DNA from: an uncultured Acidobacteriaceae bacterium
GTDB taxonomy: Bacteria > Acidobacteriota > Terriglobia > Terriglobales > Acidobacteriaceae
Assembly: GCA_963745845.1 (NCBI GenBank)
Contig: CAVUZE010000007.1
Location: 130,672-194,671 of the forward strand
Length of the DNA: 64,000 bases
Reading direction: 5' to 3'
Shown: positions 41,707-53,498 of the stretch, piece by piece
Numbering within the stretch: the stretch's first letter is position 1
Layout of the letters: each line of letters starts with the position of its first letter
Made by a program: the position numbers and the translations under genes
Notes under the pieces: generated by a model
What the model was told of the DNA's origin: nothing
Database searches by the model: none
The model's input: only the letters and a program-made list of their open reading frames with translations

Positions 41707-42834
41707 ATGGAGCCCATCACGCACCTTCTCACCGGCGCCTGCATCGGCCGCGCCGGACTGAATCGTAAAACTGCGTACGCCACGCTGGCTGCTACGTTGG
41801 CGGCGGAAGCCGCGGACCTCGACATTCTCTGGGGTTTTGCCGGGCCCGTGCAGGAACTGAAACACCATCGCGGTATTACCCACACGTTTCTGGGAGCGCC
41901 GTTCGTGGCTGCCGCTGCCACAGGAGCAGTTTGGCTCTTCCACCGTTGGTGGGAAAGCCGACAAAAACGGCACGATCTGGCGCGGGACCAAGAGCCCAAC
42001 GCTCCACCCACTGCGCTGGCCGTACAACCGGTGCGTTGGGGCTGGGTTTATTGCACAGCCTTCATCGCTGCCCTCAGCCACATCCTGCTTGACTGGACCA
42101 ACAACTACGGCGTGCGCCCATTTTTTCCGTTCAACCCGCGTTGGTATGAAGGTAGCTTTGTCTTCATTGCTGAGCCAGTGCTATGGCTTCTGCTCGGGAT
42201 GGCGATCATCATCCCCTGGCTGCTTGGTCTGACCGATAGCGAAATAGGGGTGCGACGAACGCAATTCCGTGGCCGGGGATGGGCCATCTTCGCTCTATGC
42301 GGGATGGTCGTTGTTTGGTGCTGGCGTTGGGCCGAGCATGCGCAGGCACGGGCCATGCTCGAAAACACACAGGTCACCTCTGCGCCCGTCACGCGCATGA
42401 CCATCGAGCCCTATCCGGTTAATCCATTCCGGTGGCACGCGATCCTTGAAACACAGAACTACTACCAGACTGCCGAAATCGACACCCACACGGGTTCGGT
42501 CGACAGCGAATCGCCGCGCGACGTGCTCTACAAGCCAACGAACACGCCTGCCGTCGAAGCCGCCAAACGCACTCTGCTCGGTCAGGTCTATCTGGATTGG
42601 GGGACGTGGGCCGTGATACGCGATATCGGCCAGTACCCGGAGCCCGGCGCTGATCCGCCTCAATTGCCCCCAAATCGAACCTGGACGACCGTTGAGTTTT
42701 CAGATCTTCGTTTTGCTTACGCTTTCCGCGGAACGGGTAGATCGTCCGGCCCGTCGCTGCTCAGCGGCTGGGTCTACATCGTTGACGGCCACGACGAAGC
42801 AGCCGAAGGCATGGGCAGTCGTGTCCAGAAGTGA
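41707..42834 (+). CDS. Membrane-bound metal-dependent hydrolase (YdjM-like)
   Basis: MEPITH, DLD, HHRGITH, SHILLD..N.YG. Confidence 0.85.
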   Translation: MEPITHLLTGACIGRAGLNRKTAYATLAATLAAEAADLDILWGFAGPVQELKHHRGITHTFLGAPFVAAAATGAVWLFHRWWESRQKRHDLARDQEPNAPPTALAVQPVRWGWVYCTAFIAALSHILLDWTNNYGVRPFFPFNPRWYEGSFVFIAEPVLWLLLGMAIIIPWLLGLTDSEIGVRRTQFRGRGWAIFALCGMVVVWCWRWAEHAQARAMLENTQVTSAPVTRMTIEPYPVNPFRWHAILETQNYYQTAEIDTHTGSVDSESPRDVLYKPTNTPAVEAAKRTLLGQVYLDWGTWAVIRDIGQYPEPGADPPQLPPNRTWTTVEFSDLRFAYAFRGTGRSSGPSLLSGWVYIVDGHDEAAEGMGSRVQK

Positions 42835-42991
42835 TGCCGAGCGGCTCTTCGCGAGCCCGACGCGCCCGTCCCTCGCGAAAATCAGTGGAGACTAATTACC
42901 TTTTCCAAACATCCCTCTCTCAGGTCATTGCGTCGGCGCGCGTTTTGCGTCATTGTCATAAGCAGGAATCCTGAGAGCAGCACCTTCTGGC

Positions 42992-44056
42992 ATGCGTGTA
43001 GGGCCGCGGCAACTCGTTTTCTTACTCGTCGGGGTCTTGTGCTCCGTCCCGTATCAAGGTGCGGCCGGCCAAACCGCCCCAGCCACTCCAGAACAAGAGA
43101 TAGCTCTGCTCTCCTCCGCAACGCCTCCTATCGTCGCATCTGCCACTACGCAGACCTCGCAAGTTGCCGAGGAGTCATCGGCCGTCGAGCTGTTACGCAG
43201 TTTCCAGGATTCCGACGTCAAGTTTGATCTTCGCGACCTTATGGAAATCCTGCGCGATCGCCGCCATGAGGGATGGGTGCTGGCCGCGTACCCCGACCCG
43301 AAGACCAGCCGGCCCTTGATTGGCGCGGGATTCACCCTCGATTTGCCCGCACGAGAGCATCCGCAAACCGATCCTTTGAATCCTCATCCATTCCTCGAGC
43401 CATCCTCGGCCGATCTCTGGCGCGCCGCAGGACTGGACCCCGACCGGCTGCAATCGATCCTTGACCAATACAACGACCGCTTCTCGATGTGGAAGAAGAA
43501 GAGATTCCGCCAGAAGATCAAAACGCTGGAGCCGCAGATTACCGACGACGAGGCCACGCTTCTTCTACGCATCGCGACCATCCAGGCCATCTATAACGCA
43601 CGTGCCTATTGCCGCAATTTCGACCAGATGAGCGCTTCACAACAGATGGCTTTAAGTCAGCTCGTCTATCAGATGGGCGTCAATCTCGCCCGGTTCGATG
43701 AGTTCCTGTCCCTCATCAACGACGGCACGCCGGCGCACGTGTCAGAAGCTTCTTTGGAAACTGCTCCCTCTGGCGATCTCGAATATTGGAGATCGGTACA
43801 GCACTCATTGATGCAAAGCCAATGGGCCAAACTCTATCGCACCCGCGCCATTGCCGTGATTGCGATGCTTGACCCCGCGTACGCAGACAATCCAGTCGCG
43901 GCTGAACGTCTCGTCGGCGCAACGCTTCGTCCAGCCGTAGCCCACCGGCGCAGAGGCCGGTCAGCCAGCCTGAATCAGGTTGCGTCGAACGCGGGGAATT
44001 CCAGGTCAACGGCGCATAAAAGGAAAGTTCGAGCGCGAGCAAAGCGCAGAGCCTGA
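42992..44056 (+). CDS. Secreted T4-lysozyme-like (GH24) muramidase with basic C-terminal tail
   Basis: HEG-x7-D...IGAG, ALSQLVYQMGV, SQW...RA match T4 lysozyme landmarks (EG..YKD..TIGIG; ALINMVFQMG; SRW...RA). Confidence 0.65.
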   Translation: MRVGPRQLVFLLVGVLCSVPYQGAAGQTAPATPEQEIALLSSATPPIVASATTQTSQVAEESSAVELLRSFQDSDVKFDLRDLMEILRDRRHEGWVLAAYPDPKTSRPLIGAGFTLDLPAREHPQTDPLNPHPFLEPSSADLWRAAGLDPDRLQSILDQYNDRFSMWKKKRFRQKIKTLEPQITDDEATLLLRIATIQAIYNARAYCRNFDQMSASQQMALSQLVYQMGVNLARFDEFLSLINDGTPAHVSEASLETAPSGDLEYWRSVQHSLMQSQWAKLYRTRAIAVIAMLDPAYADNPVAAERLVGATLRPAVAHRRRGRSASLNQVASNAGNSRSTAHKRKVRARAKRRA

Positions 44057-44188
44057 CGTTCCCTCACGGGAGACTCTTCATCGCGCCGCGCCACCGAGTT
44101 GACCGGCACGCGCGCAAACCTCAGAATAGATGTATTGCATCTCCTACCCTCCTGAGCCTCAAGAGGGATTCCCGTACCGGAGGCGTCC

Positions 44189-44731
44189 ATGCCCGCTTAT
44201 CTGCTGATCGTTGTGGCCGTGTTGAGCCGCCTCCTTCTGGCTTTTTTCCCCCATCCCGCCTGGTTCAACTTCACGGCCGTCGGCGGAGCCTTGCTGTTCT
44301 TCGGCGCACGGCGCTCCTGGCGCGAAATGCTCGCCCCCCTGGCCGTACTGATGGCCACCGACTACTTCCTGACCACGCAGGTCTACTCCTACCCCTTCCA
44401 CTGGCAAGGATACGTGACCACGTGGGCATGGTACCTGATGGCCATGGCGCTTGGCTGGATCTTGCTCCATGCGCGCACCACATTTGTGCGCGTCGGGGCC
44501 GGCGTGATTCTGGGGCCGACTTCGTTCTTTATCGTTTCCGATTATGCCGTCTGGGCAGGCAGCAATATGTATCCGCATACGCTGGCCGGACTGCGCGATT
44601 GTTACATCGCCGCCCTTCCCTTCTATCGAAATGACCTGATTTCGACCGGCATCGTTGCCGGATTGGCCTTCGGTGTGCCGGTCCTCCTACGCCGGATGAA
44701 GGGCGCGCACCCCGCTGAAGCCCGGGCGTAA
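44189..44731 (+). CDS. DUF6580-like membrane protein (ECF S-component-like putative transporter)
   Basis: GGAGG SD; NFTAVGGALLFFGA, PF.RN...T motifs; 5-6 TM; no cobalamin riboswitch recognised upstream. Confidence 0.65.
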   Translation: MPAYLLIVVAVLSRLLLAFFPHPAWFNFTAVGGALLFFGARRSWREMLAPLAVLMATDYFLTTQVYSYPFHWQGYVTTWAWYLMAMALGWILLHARTTFVRVGAGVILGPTSFFIVSDYAVWAGSNMYPHTLAGLRDCYIAALPFYRNDLISTGIVAGLAFGVPVLLRRMKGAHPAEARA

Positions 44732-44798
44732 CGCCGCTTCCGCGCCGGGGCCACGGCTCATCCCGCCGTAAGATGCTTCTATCGGAGGAGCCGCAGCG

Positions 44799-45320
44799 AT
44801 GGCAGCCCCATCTCACACCGCAAATGTCCCTCTCGAGATATATCTCGCCAGCTCCTACGAGCCCGACGCAGAATATGTGGACGGAGTCATCGAGAGGAGA
44901 CCGATGGGGGAATACGATCATTCTTCCTGGCAGCACGCTGTCGAGCTATGGTTCGGGCAGCACGCCAGAGAATGGGGAATTCGTGTCCGCCCTGAGCTGC
45001 GTGTCGAGGTGGCTGCCGCACAATTCCGAGTCCCCGATGTGACCATTCTGGACCGCAACCTTCCCATCGAGCAGGTCATCACCCATCCGCCCGTCGCAGT
45101 CATTGAGATACTTTCCCCCGAGGACGCCCTCACTCGCATGATGACGAAGCTTGCAGAGTACGAACAGATGGGGATCCAGAGCATATTGGTTCTGGACCCG
45201 GTTGGACGGCATTTCCGCTTCATCAAAGGCGCGTTGGAGCCGCTGTCCCACGAGCCATTCGATCTGCCTGGCAGCCGATGCCGCTTCGACCTGGCCCAGG
45301 TCGAAAAGCTGCTGGACTAG
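44799..45320 (+). CDS. Uma2-family PD-(D/E)xK endonuclease-like protein
   Basis: EYVDG.IER, H, RPEL, RVPDV, IEILSP.D, KL.EY. Confidence 0.88.
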   Translation: MAAPSHTANVPLEIYLASSYEPDAEYVDGVIERRPMGEYDHSSWQHAVELWFGQHAREWGIRVRPELRVEVAAAQFRVPDVTILDRNLPIEQVITHPPVAVIEILSPEDALTRMMTKLAEYEQMGIQSILVLDPVGRHFRFIKGALEPLSHEPFDLPGSRCRFDLAQVEKLLD

Positions 45321-45390
45321 GATTGCCCTAGCTTCAGGCAGTACGAATCCAATCTGGGCGATCTGAGTGCCCGTCGGCCTCGTCTGCGCC

Positions 45391-46008
45391 TCAGCCCAGC
45401 GCCTCGCCGCTACGCCGCTTCCTCATCCACCACCACCCGAACCCGATCACCGCCAGAGCACCGACCACCAGGAGCGCAGTCAGCGCGTGATGTTGCACCA
45501 ACTCCACAGCCCCCGGCCCCAGTTTCAGTACCAGCAGCGAAAGCACCATCCAGCGTACGAATCGCCCCGCCGCCACTGCTGTCATGTACGGCACAATCCT
45601 CATCTCAAAGACGCCTGCCGCAAACACGAACAGCTTCCACGGTGTCGGCGGCGGCATCATCGAGGGGATCATCACGGCGAGGAATTCCTGACGTTCGAAG
45701 CGGTCGCGAAGTTGATCGTATTTGGCCCGGTTCACGCGCTTCAACAGGAACAACTCGCCGCCCGCTCGACCGATTCCGTAGGGTACCAAACCCCCAATGG
45801 CCGAACCCACGCTCGCCATCAGGCAATACAGCCAAAAGTGCCCCTTATCGTTCCAGACCCATCCGGCAATCAGGATGTCCATCGGAATCGGAATCGAAGA
45901 GGAATCGAGCAGAGCAGCCGCAGCCGCACCCCAGAATCCGAGCTTGAGCATCGCCGGCAGAATCACCAGCTTCCATTTGAGGCCCAGCTTTACGAAAAAC
46001 CGCTTCAA
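45391..46008 (-). CDS. DedA/YqaA (VTT-domain) membrane protein
   Basis: LDSS.IPIP.D, GS..GG...Y.IGR, PPP.P.K.F...AG, R..R; TTG start at 46008 assumed. Confidence 0.8.
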   Translation of the reverse strand: MKRFFVKLGLKWKLVILPAMLKLGFWGAAAAALLDSSSIPIPMDILIAGWVWNDKGHFWLYCLMASVGSAIGGLVPYGIGRAGGELFLLKRVNRAKYDQLRDRFERQEFLAVMIPSMMPPPTPWKLFVFAAGVFEMRIVPYMTAVAAGRFVRWMVLSLLVLKLGPGAVELVQHHALTALLVVGALAVIGFGWWWMRKRRSGEALG

Positions 46009-46248
46009 ATGGGTCTCTTTCCCCCTCGGAATCCGTCCATTCCAGAAGACCCATTGTACGGTTTGGCCTTGGGACGCGAACGATTGGCTTGCGCAAAAAC
46101 CCGAGACTTCAAATCGGCAGGCTCCAGCCATCTCATAGAGGTGACTCTTGGTGAACTCGCTTCACCGCAGATTCGAAGAGGATGAGAAAATAGACAGGAA
46201 GGACTCTAAACGAAACCGTCGGTCGGACCCCTAGCTCCTGTTGCGCGC

Positions 46249-47325
46249 ATGCCCATCACAGAGACACCAATCAAGGTGAACGAACCCGACGATCCAGCGG
46301 GCGCCGGACTCGATTCTCAGAGTCCCGGACAGCCTCCGCTTCCCGACGAAGAGCCAAACCCGGCTCCGCGCTCCACCTCACGTTGGGTCGACTACGACAC
46401 CCACGAATTGCTGGAAATGATCAGCGAGCTCGAAGACGAGCGCCGCTGGGCCCGCTTGCGCGAAGGCATTTGGCTCGCGCTTCTCATCCACATCATCCTG
46501 ATTTCCGCCATCACCTGGATCCCGAGGTATGTCTTTCGCGTGCCTCCGGTCATCGATCCCTTCGACGCCATCAAGCAACGCAAAGACCTGAGCTATCTCG
46601 ACTTGCCGCCCGATCTTGTGCGCAAGTACCAGCAACCGAAAGTGCAGATCAAGCCGGTTCCGGAAAAGCAGCCTCGAATCGACAAGAAGACCCTGGAGGC
46701 GATGAATAAACCCACGCCCCCGCCACTTCCGGCGCCCACCACGCCGCCCAAACTGGAAAACCCGGTGCAGCCGCAGCCCACGCCTCCCCCTCCGCCGAGC
46801 CCTAAACAGGAATCTCCCGTCGAGGCTCCCCACCCGACAGCGGTTCCTGCTCGTCCCAGCTTCGCCATGGGCTCGCAGAACCCGGCCGACCAGCTTCGGG
46901 AGGCAATGCGCGGCGCCGCGCAGAATCAGGGCGCGGACTCCGCCGCTCAACCGGTAGGAGGGCTGTCTCGGCACCCTGGCGCAGGGGGCGGCGTGCAGAT
47001 TCTTTCCGACACCCAGGGCGTCGATTTCAATTCCTGGCTGCATCGCTGGTACTACGAGACCGAGCACACATGGGACCCGCTCATCCCCGATGAAGTCAAC
47101 CCGCCCATCTTGAAGTCAGGAGCTGTCCAGATCCGCTTCAAGGTTCTTCCCAACGGGCAGGTCACGGACATGGTGCTCGAAGGCCGTTCCGGCGACACAG
47201 GGCTCGATCGCGCTGCCTGGGGCGCGATTACGGGCTCGAACTACCCACCTCTGCCGCGCGAGTTCCATGGGCCCTATCTGGAGTTACGGGCGCTGTTCTT
47301 GTATAACGAGAAGCCACCCCGGTAA
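46249..47325 (+). CDS. TonB-family protein (TM, Pro-rich linker, TonB_C)
   Basis: Single TM, Pro-rich region, ILSDTQGVDF..W, IRFKV..NG..TD...SG...LDRAA..AI...YPPLP. Confidence 0.82.
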   Translation: MPITETPIKVNEPDDPAGAGLDSQSPGQPPLPDEEPNPAPRSTSRWVDYDTHELLEMISELEDERRWARLREGIWLALLIHIILISAITWIPRYVFRVPPVIDPFDAIKQRKDLSYLDLPPDLVRKYQQPKVQIKPVPEKQPRIDKKTLEAMNKPTPPPLPAPTTPPKLENPVQPQPTPPPPPSPKQESPVEAPHPTAVPARPSFAMGSQNPADQLREAMRGAAQNQGADSAAQPVGGLSRHPGAGGGVQILSDTQGVDFNSWLHRWYYETEHTWDPLIPDEVNPPILKSGAVQIRFKVLPNGQVTDMVLEGRSGDTGLDRAAWGAITGSNYPPLPREFHGPYLELRALFLYNEKPPR

Positions 47326-47364
47326 GAGAGCGCGGTCTCGCACAGCCTCAGTCAGCAAGAAAAT

Positions 47365-47439
47365 GGGTGCCCAGGTCCGGGGTTCCCACGAGCACGTCTT
47401 CGTTCGTGGGGTGGAGATCTCGATTTTTGAGACCTGGGA
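47365..47439. repeat. Composite type-B palindrome carrying a nested type-A hairpin (47379-47414)
   Basis: GGGTGCCCAGGTC-C-[GGGGTTCCC-ACGAGC-ACGTCTTC-GTTCGT-GGGGTGG]-AGATCTCGATTTTTGAGACCTGGGA, between convergent genes. Confidence 0.88.
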
Positions 47440-47469
47440 GAGCCTCCTGAGGAAAAGCAGAACAGCCGC

Positions 47470-48876
47470 CTATTCGACGAACGTCCCTCTGTCTTTCCCA
47501 TCGGTAAAAAGCGGCGTTTCATCGCTGTCGAAGTCGCTGTCATCTGCCGGAACCGGTTCTGGTTTCTCGTGGAGATGAATGCCGTCCTGCTCCAGCAGCG
47601 CTTCGTAAACGGGCGTCTGCCGCCAGTGCCGCGCCAGCGCAAAGGCGCTCATGTTGGCGATCATCAAGGGCAGCACCAGTCCATAGCCGCCGGTCATTTC
47701 GAAGATGATCAGCACCGACGTCATCGGAGCGCGCACAATGCCCGCAAACACCGCGCCCATACCCACCACGGCAAATGCGCCGATCGAGTCGGCCGGGTGG
47801 TGAAAGACAGTCACATCGATATAACCCACTGCGCCGCCCAGCATACCCCCCATAAAAAGCGCTGGCGCAAAAATACCGCCCGCGCCGCCGCTTGAATAGG
47901 ATGTGACCGTGGCGGCCAGCTTGAGCAGACACAGCACAATCATTGCGATCACCGGAATTGTTCCGGAGAACGACTGTGTCAGCGTCTTGTAAGGGTCGCC
48001 GGCGATGCCGCCCAGGTGAAAGAACTGGAGCCCGACAACCGCGAAGGCGCCCGTAGCTGCGCCACCGAGCGCCGGATGCACCCACTTGGGGACCGCGTTA
48101 AACCGCTTGAACCACGCGCGCACGCCAAGCAGTGAGTCGGTGAACGCCACCGACACAATCGCCGCGAGCAGTCCCAACAGCGCATACCAGATCAGTGAAG
48201 AAGCGTTGCCCATTTCGAACGCCCGGGGCACGTGAAAGATGGGATTGGCTCCCATGATGGTGTGCTCGACCACTGCTGCCAAAGCTGCAGCAACGATGAC
48301 GCCCGAAAGCATCGTTTGGTCAAGGTCGCCGATCAGTTCTTCCAGCGTGAAGGTCACGGCAGCGATCGGCGCATTGAATGCTGCCGCAATGCCCGCCGAC
48401 ATACCCACGGAGGCCATGCGCCGGCGGCTCTCAGGATTCAACCGAGCAGCGCGCGCCAACAGACTGCTCACGCCCGCACAAATATGAACGGTCGGGCCCT
48501 CAACCCCCAGTGAACCGCCGGACCCAATCTGCATCACGCACAGAACGAATTTGGCAATCGTCTCGCGCGCTGAGATGAACCCTGACCGCAAGGTAAACGC
48601 CACCTTCACCTGGGGAATGCCGCTGCCCGCCGCCGCAGGTGCAAAGTAGTAGAGACCCAGTCCGCACACCAGACCGCCGAGCGCAGGGCTCAGAATCGTC
48701 CACACAATCCAGGAATGATTGCCGGGGTCCGCATGTCCCGCCGCTGCCCGGTCAATCAGAAGGCCTTCGAGCCAGGCCACGCCCTTGTGGAACGCCACAG
48801 CTGCCAGCCCGCACAATCCGCCGGCCAGGATCGTAAACGCCAGAAGTCGCTGCCGCTCGTTCGGCATGCGGCGCAT
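47470..48876 (-). CDS. ClC-family H+/Cl- antiporter
   Basis: GSGIP, LGVEGP (gating Glu), FTLEE (proton Glu), GIFAP, VY; no CBS domain. Confidence 0.9.
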   Translation of the reverse strand: MRRMPNERQRLLAFTILAGGLCGLAAVAFHKGVAWLEGLLIDRAAAGHADPGNHSWIVWTILSPALGGLVCGLGLYYFAPAAAGSGIPQVKVAFTLRSGFISARETIAKFVLCVMQIGSGGSLGVEGPTVHICAGVSSLLARAARLNPESRRRMASVGMSAGIAAAFNAPIAAVTFTLEELIGDLDQTMLSGVIVAAALAAVVEHTIMGANPIFHVPRAFEMGNASSLIWYALLGLLAAIVSVAFTDSLLGVRAWFKRFNAVPKWVHPALGGAATGAFAVVGLQFFHLGGIAGDPYKTLTQSFSGTIPVIAMIVLCLLKLAATVTSYSSGGAGGIFAPALFMGGMLGGAVGYIDVTVFHHPADSIGAFAVVGMGAVFAGIVRAPMTSVLIIFEMTGGYGLVLPLMIANMSAFALARHWRQTPVYEALLEQDGIHLHEKPEPVPADDSDFDSDETPLFTDGKDRGTFVE

Positions 48877-49028
48877 CAGCCACGCGAGCACGCGCGTGTA
48901 TAAACCCGTGAGCCCAACCCAATAACTCAATTTCTCTGCTGACCTCGAAAGATAGACCCTTCTGCTCCAGTATAGGGGTGGGTCAGTGCCGATTGGACTT
49001 GCGAAGACCGATGGCCGCGGCCGCACCG

Positions 49029-50135
49029 TTACGGCTTGGGTTCGGTGCTCCGCATAAACTCCGCCAGGTAATCTTTCCAGACCGCAGCCATCGTATGCGT
49101 TCCATGCCCGCGTGTCGCGTCTGAAATCGGAATCAAAATGAACTGCGCGTTGGGAATCCGCTTCACCATCTTCTCGGCGATGCCCAGCTCCGGCGGATTG
49201 ATGTAATCGTCCGCGGAGTTGATCCATAGCACCGGTGCTTTGATCTGCTCCAGGTGCGGGCTCGGATCGTAGTTGCGGCTCGCGTTGAAGTAGTAGATCA
49301 TGTCATTCGCATCCGGGCTTGGGCGCGCCCAGAAGCGATCGACATACTGCTCGGCCGCTTCGCGCGTCGGCGCCTGCTTCTGCATCTGCAATGGGCTCGA
49401 TCCCATCACGAGAACAAGCGTGTTGGCCAGCCGCAATCCCTCCACCGGCTCCGTCTTGTACTCGCCGCCCATCCACGCCGGGTCAAGTTTGATTGCCTGG
49501 ATCGACATGTAGCGCATCATGCGGTTGCGGCCCGCAATCTGCACCGGAAGGCAGGCGAACGGTGCCAGCGCATCCATGAAATGGGAGTAGGTCTCCCCCC
49601 ACACAAAGCTCTGCATGCACCCCATCGAAGTTCCGAGAATCAACCGCAGATGATCCACCTTCATTTGGTCGAGCATCATGCGCTGGCTGCGCACCATATC
49701 GTCGTAGTCGTAGGCGGGGAAATGCGCATGCAGGCCGTCTGAGGGCTTCGAGCTCTCCCCGTGTCCAATGTCGTCGGGAAGAATAATGAAATACTTCTGA
49801 ATGTCCAGGACGCCGCCCGGCACAAACAGCACATCGGAGAACACCGGATTCAGCAGAGAATGTGCGCTCCCGCCGGTGCCGTGCAACAGAAGAACCGCGT
49901 TGTCTACATGCCCGGCCGCATTGCGATGGGGCTTGCCCAGCGTGAGGTAATGCAGCTTCAACTCCGGCAGCGTCTCGCCTGTGCCAAAGCGAAAGTTGGG
50001 CAGAGTCACCGTACCGTCAACCGCCGGCCATTTGCTCGCGGGCTGTGGAGCGGGCGTGGGATTGGATTGTCCGAAGCTAAAAGCGCACAACAAGATGAGA
50101 ACTGTGCCAATCACGCGGGCGGCGCGCAAGATCAT
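49029..50135 (-). CDS. Secreted alpha/beta hydrolase, homoserine O-acetyltransferase-like
   Basis: Signal peptide; LHYLTLG, LLHGTGG, GTSMG nucleophile, SADD, GHGTH. Confidence 0.8.
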   Translation of the reverse strand: MILRAARVIGTVLILLCAFSFGQSNPTPAPQPASKWPAVDGTVTLPNFRFGTGETLPELKLHYLTLGKPHRNAAGHVDNAVLLLHGTGGSAHSLLNPVFSDVLFVPGGVLDIQKYFIILPDDIGHGESSKPSDGLHAHFPAYDYDDMVRSQRMMLDQMKVDHLRLILGTSMGCMQSFVWGETYSHFMDALAPFACLPVQIAGRNRMMRYMSIQAIKLDPAWMGGEYKTEPVEGLRLANTLVLVMGSSPLQMQKQAPTREAAEQYVDRFWARPSPDANDMIYYFNASRNYDPSPHLEQIKAPVLWINSADDYINPPELGIAEKMVKRIPNAQFILIPISDATRGHGTHTMAAVWKDYLAEFMRSTEPKP

Positions 50136-50486
50136 GCAGGACCTCCGGGGAATTTACTCGTGGCAAGTGTAGACGCTGTACTGCATTCGGCGCGAAGAGA
50201 ATATGTACAACCGAAATTCGCTTCCGCGACGAATGGATTCCGAGTTAGAATCTTGCTGTTCGTTATGCGCAGTTCTTTGCCCATTCCTGCGATGCCAGTG
50301 CTCAAGCGCTTTCGCCACGGCCGCCCCGACCGTGGACGCCCTCTCTCTCGCTGAGTAATCTATCCCCGTCCAGATTTTCCGGAAATTGCCGTTCGAGTCC
50401 GCGCGAATGCGCGGCTTGCGGCAAGTCGGAGCGCGTACTTGTGATTCGAAACTCATCCGCTATTCTGCGGATAGAAAGGTTCCCCG

Positions 50487-53336
<2,850 letters not shown>

Positions 53337-53363
53337 AAAAGCCCTCGGCAGTGCCTCAAGCCT

Positions 53364-53396
53364 GGGTGCCCCAGGTCCGGATTCTCGGACCTGGGA
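53364..53396. repeat. Type-B REP-like palindrome (empty)
   Basis: GGGTGCCCCAGGTCCG-GATTCT-CGGACCTGGGA between convergent acnA and pyk. Confidence 0.85.
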
Positions 53397-53498
53397 TAGG
53401 ATCTATGCGAGAAGAGCGCGGCCATCCGATCTTCGAAGACCGCGCTAAATTCTCCCACCAACTCCGCTGCCCCGCTAGCGCTGACGACTCCGCTGCAT

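Noticed and set aside
44057-44188. Cobalamin riboswitch upstream of the DUF6580-like gene
   Set aside because: The region is only ~130 nt and I found no B12-box or conserved core.
42992-45320. Prophage remnant around the lysozyme-like and Uma2 genes
   Set aside because: No holin, integrase, structural genes, att-like repeats or obvious compositional shift.
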